The translations under genes and the position numbers were made by a program. From Verrucomicrobiota bacterium (GTDB taxonomy: Bacteria; Verrucomicrobiota; Verrucomicrobiia; Limisphaerales; Palsa-1400): 64,000 nucleotides of DNA. Location: positions 32,001 to 96,000 of the forward strand of contig JBEKYR010000002.1 in NCBI GenBank assembly GCA_049510745.1, in the 5' to 3' direction. How positions within the stretch are numbered: the first letter of the stretch is position 1; every line of letters begins with the position of its first letter. Below are positions 33,374 to 42,276 of this stretch, piece after piece. A model generated the notes under the pieces. That model saw only the letters and a list, made by a program, of their open reading frames with translations, did no database searches and was not told the DNA's origin.

Positions 33374-33550
33374 TTAGGCGCTTTCCAGGATCATGTTCGC
33401 ATATTGAGTGGTGTCGCCGGTGCGGATCAAGCCGATACTGTGCGGCACGCGCTTTTTGAACTCGACGTGTGGTTCATGGATCAACTCGATCCCGCGCAAG
33501 GCCCCGGCAAAGGCGGCGCGGGTTTTGGCGTTGTTCTGTTGCAGGAATTC
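33374..33550 (-). pseudogene. C-terminal remnant of RbsD/FucU pyranase/mutarotase
   Basis: Manual translation EFLQQNNAKTRAAFAGALRGIELIHEPHVEFKKRVPHSIGLIRTGDTTQYANMILESA*; IRTG...YAN is the family motif; N-terminus missing. Confidence 0.75.
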
Positions 33551-33687
33551 CTGCCATCCTCCATCTCAAACATGCCTTTTTTGTTGGAGTTCATAGATAA
33601 ATGGATTGGAGGTTGTGGCCGGCGGCGAGGATGCGATGAATTCTCATTCGATTGTTCGCTTGGGTTTACCGCCTTGCCGCTCCCATG

Positions 33688-34239
33688 TCAAACCTGCTTC
33701 CTGGACCACAGATCAAATTCATAGAGCGCGGCCACGATCAGCGCGTGGCGGATCTGCCCGGACGCCACCAACTCCGGCACTTGGGCGACGGGCACCAGGC
33801 GGGTGGCCAAATCTTCGCCTTGATCGAATTGCACCGGTTTGACCTGGTGGCAGTTGCGCACCAGCACGGTAAAACAGGTGTTGCTCATAATGGCCGGGTT
33901 GGGGAGGACGTGGCCGACGATTTGCGGCTGTTCGCCCTCGAAACCGGTTTCCTCAACCAGTTCCCGGCAGCCCGCCGCCTCCGGCGAGGCGTCGGCGGCC
34001 TCGATCACGCCTCCCGGAATCTCCAGTTCCACCGTGTTGGACCCGTGCCGGTATTGTTCGATCAAGATCATCCGGGCGTCCGGCGTGAGGGCGATGACGT
34101 TGACCCAGTTGGATGCGTCAATAATAACAAAATCCAGCGCCGCGCCCGTGCGGGGCGACACCGTCCGCTCTTCGCGCACGGAAAACACGCGATAGTCTCC
34201 CAGCGGCCTGGATGAAATCTTCCGCCACGGCTGGATCAT
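33688..34239 (-). CDS. NUDIX hydrolase (ADP-ribose pyrophosphatase-like)
   Basis: QYRHG and EIPGG..E.....AGCRELVEETG Nudix box; start MIQPW. Confidence 0.9.
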   Translation of the reverse strand: MIQPWRKISSRPLGDYRVFSVREERTVSPRTGAALDFVIIDASNWVNVIALTPDARMILIEQYRHGSNTVELEIPGGVIEAADASPEAAGCRELVEETGFEGEQPQIVGHVLPNPAIMSNTCFTVLVRNCHQVKPVQFDQGEDLATRLVPVAQVPELVASGQIRHALIVAALYEFDLWSRKQV

Positions 34240-34258
34240 AAAACGGCCCGGCCGGTTC

Positions 34259-34771
34259 CTACGCCGCGGGCACGATTTTGATGCTCTCGACGGCCACCCG
34301 CACCGTCGGGCGGCTCTTCTCCCCGCCGCCACTGCGCTGGGTCGCGGTGTCGCCGATTTTTCCGAGCACATCGTCGCCCTGGCGCAATTTGCCAAAGGCG
34401 GTGTACTGGCGGTCCAGGAAGCGGGCATCGGCCAGGCAAATAAAAAACTGGCTGCCGGCGGAATTGGGGTCCTGGGCCCGGGCCATGGAGATGACGCCGC
34501 GGACGTGCGGCCGCTCATTGAACTCGGCGTTGACCTTGTAGCCGGGATCACCCGTGCCCCAACGGGCCTCGGCCGCCGGGTCTTTGGTCAGCGGATCGCC
34601 GCCCTGGATCATGAAGCCTTTGACGATGCGGTGAAAGCAGGTGCCGTCATAAAAGCCCTTGCGCGCCAGGGTTTTGAAGTTCTCGACTGTTTTCGGCGCG
34701 ACGTCGGGCCAAAACTCGATGACCATTTCGCCGGCGCTCGTTTTGATGATTGCTACTTCGCTCTCAGCCAT
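34259..34771 (-). CDS. Cyclophilin-type peptidyl-prolyl isomerase (cytoplasmic)
   Basis: FHRIVKGFMIQGGDP, SMAR and SQFFI motifs. Confidence 0.95.
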   Translation of the reverse strand: MAESEVAIIKTSAGEMVIEFWPDVAPKTVENFKTLARKGFYDGTCFHRIVKGFMIQGGDPLTKDPAAEARWGTGDPGYKVNAEFNERPHVRGVISMARAQDPNSAGSQFFICLADARFLDRQYTAFGKLRQGDDVLGKIGDTATQRSGGGEKSRPTVRVAVESIKIVPAA

Positions 34772-34780
34772 GTCTCCACC

Positions 34781-35419
34781 TTACTGCAAAGATTGCGCCG
34801 GCACAATTTTAATGCTGATGATGCCCATCCGCTTGTCCGGCCGGTCCGGCGGATGGGTGGGGGTGGTGGCGATCTTCTCCAGCACGTCGTCGCCTTTGAT
34901 CAGTTTTCCAAAGGTGGTGTATTGATGATCCAGTTGCGTCGGGCTGCCGTGGCAGATGAAGAACTGGCAGCTTGCGGAATTCACATCACCGGGCATCCGC
35001 GCCATGGAAAGGACCCCGCGCACGTGGGAATGGGCGTTGAATTCGGCGGCGATGGTGTATCCGGGACCGCCCGTGCCCCAGCGCGACTCGGCCGCCGGGT
35101 CTTTGGTCAGCGGGTCGCCGCCCTGGATCATAAAGCCCCTGATGACGCGGTGAAAACAGGTGCCGTCATAAAAGCCCGACGAGGCCAGTTTCTTGAAGTT
35201 CGCGATTGTCTTGGGGGCGGCATCGGTCCAGAACTGGGCCACCATCGTGCCTTCCGTGGTGGTGATGACGGCGACTTCGTTGGTATCGGCCGGTTTGGCC
35301 GCGGCGGTTTGGTTGGTGGCATCCGCCGCCCAAGCGGACGGTTGCGCCCCGGCGATAGCGAGCGCCGTCCCCAGCAGGGGCGCCAGACATTTTTTCAAAT
35401 AATTCACCGTTGAATACAT
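34781..35419 (-). CDS. Cyclophilin-type peptidyl-prolyl isomerase with signal peptide
   Basis: Same motifs as its neighbour plus an N-terminal signal (..LLGTALAIAGAQPSAWA); start approximate. Confidence 0.92.
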   Translation of the reverse strand: MYSTVNYLKKCLAPLLGTALAIAGAQPSAWAADATNQTAAAKPADTNEVAVITTTEGTMVAQFWTDAAPKTIANFKKLASSGFYDGTCFHRVIRGFMIQGGDPLTKDPAAESRWGTGGPGYTIAAEFNAHSHVRGVLSMARMPGDVNSASCQFFICHGSPTQLDHQYTTFGKLIKGDDVLEKIATTPTHPPDRPDKRMGIISIKIVPAQSLQ

Positions 35420-35618
35420 TGGCAACATGGCGTGCAAAATAGCCAAAAGTTTTCCAAGCGCAAGACACAATTGATGGGGGCGGCCACAGATTAACACGGA
35501 TGCACACAGATAAGGAATGCAGCCCGGAAATTCTTCGGGGTGTGAGCGCCGATCGCCCGAAAAGGGGTTTTTCTTTGGCGTATGATTCATCAATCGGGGT
35601 TGAGATTTTTTTATTTTT

Positions 35619-35675
35619 GGCACGATTAGGCACGATTAGGCACGATTAGGCACGATTAGGCACGATTCAGCACGA
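35619..35675. repeat. 10-bp tandem repeat GGCACGATTA (4 perfect copies plus degenerate copies)
   Basis: Directly visible tandem array. Confidence 0.95.
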
Positions 35676-35990
35676 ATGAATCTGCTGGAGGGGCCGGACC
35701 GGCAAATTCTGCCGGTGGAACGCCGGGACTCGGATGCAGGCCGACGGGTTGGCGGCGGATCGGCCGGGGCCGCCCCCGTCCTCCCCAATGTGATGATTCT
35801 TAGTTTCATCGAAGGACGTATTACCACCGTTTTTTGAAATATGCAAGGGTTTTTCTCAAAAAATTGCGAAGTCGGAATCAGTGAACCGTAGAAGAATGAG
35901 CGAGTCAGTGAGTCAGTGAATCAGTGAATTGAAGATGGGCCTTCTGCGGGACCCGTCTGCAAACCCCATTCCGTTTTCCGGGCTTGACCC

Positions 35991-36069
35991 CTACTACGCC
36001 GGATATTGCAGGCGAAGCGTTCGCGCCATGCCGGCGGAATGGCCCATCCCACCCGCCGTGTCAACCCAT
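35991..36069 (-). mobile_element. RAYT (REP-associated tyrosine transposase) 5' remnant, copy A
   Basis: TTGACA upstream of ATG 36029, encoding MARTLRLQYPA followed by stops. Confidence 0.6.
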
Positions 36070-36119
36070 TGTGGAAATGTTAGGAACCCCTTTATTGTGA
36101 GGGACCCCTTAGCAGGATA

Positions 36120-36779
36120 TTAGGATACTTCAGAATGCCCCAAGGGACGGCGCAAAGAAGCACTTTTGGTGCGATTCGGCCGTGTCTGCTTACTATGGTC
36201 CTTGAAAACCGTAATCGCAGCCTGCACCGTCGGATCAAAGTCAACCAGCAAGAGACATGCGGAAAGAAATCTTAATTGAGATTTGACGCTCAACCAATAA
36301 GCGTAGCGAATGCCTAAAGATCCTAAATTTCCATCTCTTAGAAAAGCGTAGCACGTGGCAAAAACAAGATTTCCAGCCAGCAGTATCGATTCTACATCAC
36401 CACCGGCATTAAGCTTTTTGATCTTCCATGGATTCCATAAACAACATCGATCTGCCGAGTAATAGCCTGCCAATTCAACAGAATCCACAATCATCAAGCT
36501 GTGGAACAGATTTTTCATTCTTTCCGACCAAATCGGCCTGACCTGCTTGAGAATCGCTATCGAGTTCTCGAGTGATGCACATCCCTCCTGAAGGTTTTCA
36601 TCGCATTTAACCAAATACACAGGAAAATCAAAAGTCCCGACCTGGGTGCTGAACCGGCGCCGCAGAATAGCCCGCACGGGCATACCTATGCTCGACAAAG
36701 AAAAGAACCAAAGCCGGGCGATTCGATCCCGTATGTCATGATGTCGAATCCTGCGAATACTCGTAAAGGGGTCCCGCAT
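36120..36779 (-). CDS. Hypothetical lower-GC protein
   Basis: 219 aa ORF with AT-richer composition between RAYT remnants; start uncertain. Confidence 0.5.
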   Translation of the reverse strand: MRDPFTSIRRIRHHDIRDRIARLWFFSLSSIGMPVRAILRRRFSTQVGTFDFPVYLVKCDENLQEGCASLENSIAILKQVRPIWSERMKNLFHSLMIVDSVELAGYYSADRCCLWNPWKIKKLNAGGDVESILLAGNLVFATCYAFLRDGNLGSLGIRYAYWLSVKSQLRFLSACLLLVDFDPTVQAAITVFKDHSKQTRPNRTKSASLRRPLGHSEVS

Positions 36780-36788
36780 AATCGCATA

Positions 36789-36974
36789 TTATCGTTTTCT
36801 TCCGGCAGCGCGCGGCAGGTTCGCGAGGGAACCCGCCACGGCCATGTTGAGGCGTTGGGCAATCCAGGGCAAGGGCATTGTCGTTTCCTGACGCAGCCGC
36901 CGGGCCATCTGGACCTTCTACTCATTCGCGCCAGGCCGGCGGAATGGCCCATCCCATTTGCCGTGTCAACCCAT
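36789..36974 (-). mobile_element. Internally deleted RAYT remnant, copy B
   Basis: 50-bp near-copy of copy A joined to KVQMARRLRQETTMPLPWIAQRLNM..., resembling RAYT C-termini. Confidence 0.6.
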
Positions 36975-37304
36975 AATGCGGTAACCCAAATCCGCGCCTA
37001 ACGCGGCCTTGCCGCCGAGCGATGACCTATACAATTTGGATAGGAGAGCGAAGAAGCGGTCGGCGGGGGCGCCGACCGCTGCACGCGAGGGCGCATGCGC
37101 TCCCCGGGATGTACTGCAACGGTTCTTAGGATTTGGGCGGTAACGTGCGGGATTGACCCCTTCATGACTTCGTGGAGGGTCAAAAACCGCGCCAATATAG
37201 AAAACCGAGTCAACCGCGAAATACCCGAACTACGCGAAAAATCCAATCCGTTCGTGTTTCGCAGTGCTATGTCGGGGAGTTTTGCTTTTTTAACAAAATT
37301 TTCA

Positions 37305-37391
37305 GACAGGATGAACAAGATGCGCCGGATGAAGAGGGGAATTCTCTTTTCTGAATCCGTTCTTAATCCTGTTAATCCTGTTCATCCTGTC
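37305..37391. repeat. Inverted repeat of 9-nt-period units (GACAGGATGAACA.. / ..TGTTCATCCTGTC)
   Basis: Arms at 37305-37321 and 37375-37391. Confidence 0.75.
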
Positions 37392-37517
37392 CGTCCTTTT
37401 TTTGGGGTTGCGGCTGGCCGCGCTGCGTGGTTCGCGGTTCAAAAACAATTCCTTAGGCGGGGATTCGGATCGTCTCTTTGTTCGTGACGCCGCCGTCCTC
37501 TCCGGCAACAATATCGT

Positions 37518-38843
37518 ATGAAAGGCCGCATCCTCTTTTGGTCCCTCACCTCGGCGCTGGCGGGGTTTCTCTTCGGATTCGATACGGTCGTCATTTCCGG
37601 GGCGGAGCAGAAAATCCAGTCGCTTTGGGGATTGAGTGCGGGAATCCACGGGATTGCCATGGCGTCGGCGCTCTACGGCACCGTGCTCGGCTCGCTGCTG
37701 GGCGGCTGGCCCGCCGACCGTTTCGGGCGCAAGGCGACACTGCTGTGGGTGGGCGTGCTCTATGTCATTTCGGCGGTTGGCTCCGGGTATGCTTGGAACG
37801 TGCAGTCGTTCATTGCCGCCCGTTTCATAGGCGGCCTGGGCATCGGCATTTCGACCGTGGCCGCTCCACTCTACATTTCGGAAATCTCGCCCCCGGCCTG
37901 CCGCGGACGGCTGGCGGGCATGTTCCAGTTCAACATCGTTTTCGGCATCGTGGTCGCTTTCCTCTCGAATTACCTCCTCAAGGACGTCGGTGAGAATGCC
38001 TGGCGTTGGATGCTCGGCGTGGCGGCGTTCCCGTCTCTTCTCTACACGGTCATGTGCCTGGGCATTCCGGAAAGCCCGCGCTGGCTGATCGGGCGCAAAG
38101 GGGACCGTGAGGCGGGACTGAAAGTCCTCAAGCTCATCGAACCCGACGCCCCCCCGGCTCAGATCGAGGCCCAGGCCGCGGAAATTCTGGCCGCCTCCTC
38201 CGAGCGAGTCGTCTCATCCCATTTCTGGACCCGCAAGCTGCGCCTTCCGATCCTGCTGGCCTTTCTGATCGCGTTCTTCAACCAGCTCTCCGGCATCAAC
38301 GCGGTCCTCTATTTCGCGCCGCGCATTTTCGAGATGACCGGGTTGGGGGCGAAGGCTGCGCTGCTTCAATCCGTCGGCATCGGTGTGACCAATCTCATCT
38401 TCACATTTGTCGGTCTGGGGCTCATTGACCGGGTGGGGCGGCGCACCTTGCTCTACATCGGCTCCGTCGGCTACATCACCTCGCTGGGTTTGACGTCTTG
38501 GGCGTTCTTCACCGGGCATTTCGCGATTGTCCCGGTGTGCATTTTCGCCTTCATCGCGTCGCACGCCGTCGGGCAGGGATCGGTGATTTGGGTGTTCATC
38601 TCGGAGATATTTCCGAACCGCCATCGTGCGGAGGGCCAGGCGCTGGGCAGCTTCACGCATTGGGTCTTCGCCGCGCTGCTCACCACGTTTTTTCCGAAGA
38701 TGGTGACGGTCTTTGCGCCTGGCTGCGTCTTCCTGTTTTTCTGCGGGATGATGGTGCTGCAATTGATCTGGGTAAAGACAATGGCGGTCGAGACCAAGGG
38801 CGTGCCTCTCGAACAGATTCAGAAGCGCCTTGGCATCGAATAG
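37518..38843 (+). CDS. Sugar porter family MFS transporter
   Basis: GFDTVVISG, DRFGRK, PESPRWL, NQLSGINA and ETKG motifs. Confidence 0.95.
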   Translation: MKGRILFWSLTSALAGFLFGFDTVVISGAEQKIQSLWGLSAGIHGIAMASALYGTVLGSLLGGWPADRFGRKATLLWVGVLYVISAVGSGYAWNVQSFIAARFIGGLGIGISTVAAPLYISEISPPACRGRLAGMFQFNIVFGIVVAFLSNYLLKDVGENAWRWMLGVAAFPSLLYTVMCLGIPESPRWLIGRKGDREAGLKVLKLIEPDAPPAQIEAQAAEILAASSERVVSSHFWTRKLRLPILLAFLIAFFNQLSGINAVLYFAPRIFEMTGLGAKAALLQSVGIGVTNLIFTFVGLGLIDRVGRRTLLYIGSVGYITSLGLTSWAFFTGHFAIVPVCIFAFIASHAVGQGSVIWVFISEIFPNRHRAEGQALGSFTHWVFAALLTTFFPKMVTVFAPGCVFLFFCGMMVLQLIWVKTMAVETKGVPLEQIQKRLGIE

Positions 38844-38844
38844 T

Positions 38845-39107
38845 GAAATAAACCGTCTGGTAAGTTTTACCGTCACCGGCAGTATGTGCAAAGCTTGCAC
38901 ATACTGCTTTTTCCAGCAGCTCTCCTTCCTCAAAGATATTGCGGATGTGTTTGGTGATGACCGATCGTTCCCGCTGCAACAGTTCCGCAATCTGCGCTTG
39001 CGTCAGCCAAACGGTGTTGTTTTCCAGTGTGACCTCCAGCCGCGTGCGGCCGTCCTCGGTTTCGTAAAGGATGAGTTCCGATCCCGGCTCTTGATTCTGC
39101 TGGCTCA
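38845..39107 (-). pseudogene. N-terminal fragment of a RhuM-family protein
   Basis: LILYETEDG..LEV..ENNTVWLTQAQIAEL...ITKHIRNIFEEGEL...HTAGDGKTY, truncated at the MFS stop. Confidence 0.8.
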
Positions 39108-39289
39108 CGGGGAATTGTTCTAAACCGATTGAGGCGGCGGGGCAATTGGAATCAGCGGAATCCTCCCCTTCCACTCACAAAGCGCCCGTCATCATTGCGG
39201 ATTGGCTGCAACGCCGCGCGATTTTCATTTTTGGCACGATTCACCGCCAAATTCGCTTGTTGCTGAGAAGACGCTTTCGAATGGGGCGA

Positions 39290-39410
39290 ACTTTTGGGGC
39301 GACGTGCCCATGGCCGGCGCGATCTTGGATCGTTTCCTGCGCCACGCACAGACCATTGCCATTACCGGGCGGAGCTATCGGCTTAAAGACCACGCCACCA
39401 TTGTCGGGAA
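39290..39410 (+). pseudogene. istB: IS21-family IstB ATPase C-terminal remnant
   Basis: GDVPMAGAILDRFLRHAQTIAITGRSYRLK. Confidence 0.8.
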
Positions 39411-39672
39411 AGAAGTTAAAAATAAGAAGAGCAAATCCAAGTCCAACAACCCAGGCTGCGCCGGAGGCTTCGCCGAGGCGTGACCTTCGACCGCGGAACC
39501 GGCGAGTTGAATGGCTGGCTTTCCGGTTCTGTTGTATTATCTTGCTGCTGGCCGATTATGGAGAACTCGCGATTTTCGCCACGAATCGGCCTTATTGATC
39601 ACGCTGCCCAAGGTACTGGACTTTTATGTTTCAAAAAACGAACAGGCGGTCGTAGAGTAAAAACTGGACCAA

Positions 39673-40161
39673 ATGAGAATCCGTGCGCCACAAATCCTCG
39701 TCATTGCCTTGATTGGCCTGCTCTCAGCAGCACTCTTGTGCAGCGTTTTGCTCAATGCATGGGGTTACTGGCAGATCTATGGCATTGGTGGCTGGCGTGA
39801 CCAGGTGTACGTATCAGTGGGTGGCGCGGCCTCAGAGCAAGCGCTGCGTGACTTTCGAGGAGGGCATCTCCGATTGTACTGCCTCGGCGGTGAGAACCAA
39901 CATGATAAATATACTGGTACGAACGATGGGCCGTTTGAAATGTGGATTCCTACGTTTTATCCTTCACTTGGGCGCGTTCACCGGTATTCCAAAGAGCGGT
40001 TCATCGAGTTCTACAATCGGAAAATGCATTATATGCACTCAAATCCTGACAAGTTTGGGAAGGAGGGTGTCCAACAAAACGCTCCAGCAAACGGGAGCCA
40101 GTCGATTCGCCCAGAGACAAATCGAACGTCATCGGCCGCTGCGCCCGCAGATGTGAAGTGA
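39673..40161 (+). CDS. Hypothetical exported protein (gene-cassette-like)
   Basis: Signal/TM N-terminus, lower GC, 3' end runs into an attC-like sequence. Confidence 0.65.
   Translation: MRIRAPQILVIALIGLLSAALLCSVLLNAWGYWQIYGIGGWRDQVYVSVGGAASEQALRDFRGGHLRLYCLGGENQHDKYTGTNDGPFEMWIPTFYPSLGRVHRYSKERFIEFYNRKMHYMHSNPDKFGKEGVQQNAPANGSQSIRPETNRTSSAAAPADVK
40069..40146 (+). mobile_element. Truncated attC-like site
   Basis: GTCCAAC (RYYYAAC) followed by ACGCTCCAGCAAACGGGAGCCAG..; the right arm GTTRRRY is missing. Confidence 0.5.
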
Positions 40162-40257
40162 TTGAAAAGCCCTTTCCTGCATCAAGTTTTCTGACATGAA
40201 TAAAGCTCCCCAGAATGTCAGCCGCAACAAACTTCGTTTCCAAACTCGCGCGGCGCG

Positions 40258-41529
40258 CTATGTCCGCGCGGGCAGCTTTTGCGCGACGGGCTTTTTTTCC
40301 AGGACGACAAATTTCGGCAGGCCGTGCTCGGTCGGAACTTTTACTTCGCCTTCGATCAACGGGCGGGCGTAGCGGACGAATTTCTCGTTCGGCATGAACC
40401 CGTCTTCGCTGATCCAATCGCGCGGCACCAGGTGTTCGACATTGGCAATGTCGCTCAACGGCTGCAATCCCGTCGTCCAGCGATAGTCTTCCCCCGCGGC
40501 GCGCACCAGCTTGACCATGAAGCCGCTCTTGCCTTCGACGGCCGCGCGCACGGCGGCCTGGCCGCAAGCGAGCGCCTCGGCGGCGTCGGTCGCGCTGGCG
40601 TAATGGGCGGCGCAACGTTGGGCGTAACCGAGTTTGACGGAGCGCGTTTTGGTGTGGAGCTTGCCATAGACCAGCTCGCCCAGGCGTTCGGCCGCCCCCG
40701 AGAGCACCGGATGGCCGAAGGCGTCCAGACGCGATTTGTCGGCGCTGTATTCGGTGCCGTCGGGGTTCTTCAACCCCTCGCCGGCCACGACGATGCAGTA
40801 GCGCAGTTGGGCGACGGTGGCTTTGACTTTGGCCAGGAAGGCCTCTTCGTTAAACGGAATCTCCGGCAACAAAATCAGGTGGGGGGCGCCGTTTGGCTCG
40901 CGCCGGGCCAGCACCGCGCTGGCGGCGATCCAGCCCGCGCTGCGGCCCATCACCTCGATGATGCAGCAGGAGCCGTCATCGGTCGCCATGCTGCTGACGT
41001 CGGCGGCGATCTCCATGACGGTGCAGGCGTTGTATTTGGCGACCGAGCCGAAGCCCGGGCAATGATCGGTGTGGGGCAAATCGTTATCGATGGTTTTGGG
41101 CACGCCGATGACGCGCATTTCGTAGCCGCGCTTGATGGCTTCCTGATGCATCTTGTCGGCCGTATCCTGGGAATCGTTGCCGCCGGCGTAGAAGAAGAAG
41201 CGGATTTGGTGGGCCTGGAAAACCTGGAAGAGGCGGTCCATTTCGCGGGCGGCGCGTTCGGGTTTCTTTTTGAAATCGATCTTGTAGCGGCAGGTGCCCA
41301 GGGCGGCGGCGGGGGTGTGTTTAAGGGCCTCGATCGTTTCGGGGCGTTCCTGGCCCAGGTCAATCAACTGTTCATTGAGAATGCCCAGAATGCCGTTCAA
41401 CCCTCCATAGACTTTCCCAATGCAAGGGTGCTTGGCCGCCTCCTGGACGACCCCCGCGACACTGGCATTGATGACGGCGGTGGGTCCTCCCGATTGGGCC
41501 ACCATAAGATTTCCAGATAATTCTGCCAT
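40258..41529 (-). CDS. pfk: 6-phosphofructokinase (PPi-dependent-type clade)
   Basis: QSGGPTAVIN, GGNDSQD, PKTIDND and EVMGR motifs; start MAELSG at 41529. Confidence 0.93.
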   Translation of the reverse strand: MAELSGNLMVAQSGGPTAVINASVAGVVQEAAKHPCIGKVYGGLNGILGILNEQLIDLGQERPETIEALKHTPAAALGTCRYKIDFKKKPERAAREMDRLFQVFQAHQIRFFFYAGGNDSQDTADKMHQEAIKRGYEMRVIGVPKTIDNDLPHTDHCPGFGSVAKYNACTVMEIAADVSSMATDDGSCCIIEVMGRSAGWIAASAVLARREPNGAPHLILLPEIPFNEEAFLAKVKATVAQLRYCIVVAGEGLKNPDGTEYSADKSRLDAFGHPVLSGAAERLGELVYGKLHTKTRSVKLGYAQRCAAHYASATDAAEALACGQAAVRAAVEGKSGFMVKLVRAAGEDYRWTTGLQPLSDIANVEHLVPRDWISEDGFMPNEKFVRYARPLIEGEVKVPTEHGLPKFVVLEKKPVAQKLPART

Positions 41530-41605
41530 ACGTGATTCAATAACTAATCGCCCGGCCCCGCCGCGTAAAGGACAAACCGGGGGGGTGAATTCCAAGGAAT
41601 ACAAT

Positions 41606-41634
41606 GTGACAATTGGGTTACATTTGATATACAA
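41606..41634 (-). promoter_or_regulatory. Pho-box-like 11-bp-period direct repeats
   Basis: Minus strand TTGTATA-TCAA-ATGTAAC-CCAA-TTGTCAC between pfk and DUF47-pit. Confidence 0.45.
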
Positions 41635-41643
41635 AGCGGCGAA

Positions 41644-42270
41644 ATGTTCTCGATACAGAAGTGGTTTGCAAAGGACGACCAGTTTTTCCGATTGCTGCAG
41701 GCCAGCGCCGAGGAAGGGCGGGCCAGCGTGCAGGGGCTGAAGCAATTCCTGCAAAGCCCCAGGTGCGACGCCAGCCTGGCCCGATTCGCCGCCGCGCGGC
41801 ACAAAGACAAGCAGATCACGGTGCAGATCAGCGAGTTGCTGGCCCGCACCACCATCACCAGCCTGGACCGCGAAGACATCGAGGCCATTTCCCGCTCGCT
41901 CCATCGTCTGCCGAAGACGGTCGAAAAATTCGCGGCGCGGTATGTTGTTTGCGCCCCGCACCTGGGAGCGATAGATTTTTCCCGCCAGATTGACCTGGTG
42001 GAACAAGCCGTCGATACGGTCGCCGTCATGATCCGGGAGTTGGAGAGCGTTCATTTCGAGTCGGTCAACCAGTCCAACGAGAAGCTTCAGACCATCGAAA
42101 GCGACGCGGACAGGCTTGTGCTGCAGTTGTTGACGGAACTCTACGGCGGCGGCCATCCGTTTTTGACCGTCATCATGGCGAAGGACCTTTACGAATTGCT
42201 GGAGAAGGGCGTGGACCGGTGCCGGGACGCTGGCAATATCATTGACAGTGTCGCGCTGAAGCATTCCTAA
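41644..42270 (+). CDS. DUF47 (PhoU-like) phosphate transport regulator
   Basis: DREDI, IESDAD and KDLYELLEKGVDRCRD motifs; upstream of pit. Confidence 0.9.
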   Translation: MFSIQKWFAKDDQFFRLLQASAEEGRASVQGLKQFLQSPRCDASLARFAAARHKDKQITVQISELLARTTITSLDREDIEAISRSLHRLPKTVEKFAARYVVCAPHLGAIDFSRQIDLVEQAVDTVAVMIRELESVHFESVNQSNEKLQTIESDADRLVLQLLTELYGGGHPFLTVIMAKDLYELLEKGVDRCRDAGNIIDSVALKHS

Positions 42271-42276
42271 ACCCTC

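Noticed and set aside
35619..35675. Tandem repeat as CRISPR or a sigma54 promoter
   Set aside because: No spacers; lacks the -12 TTGC element.
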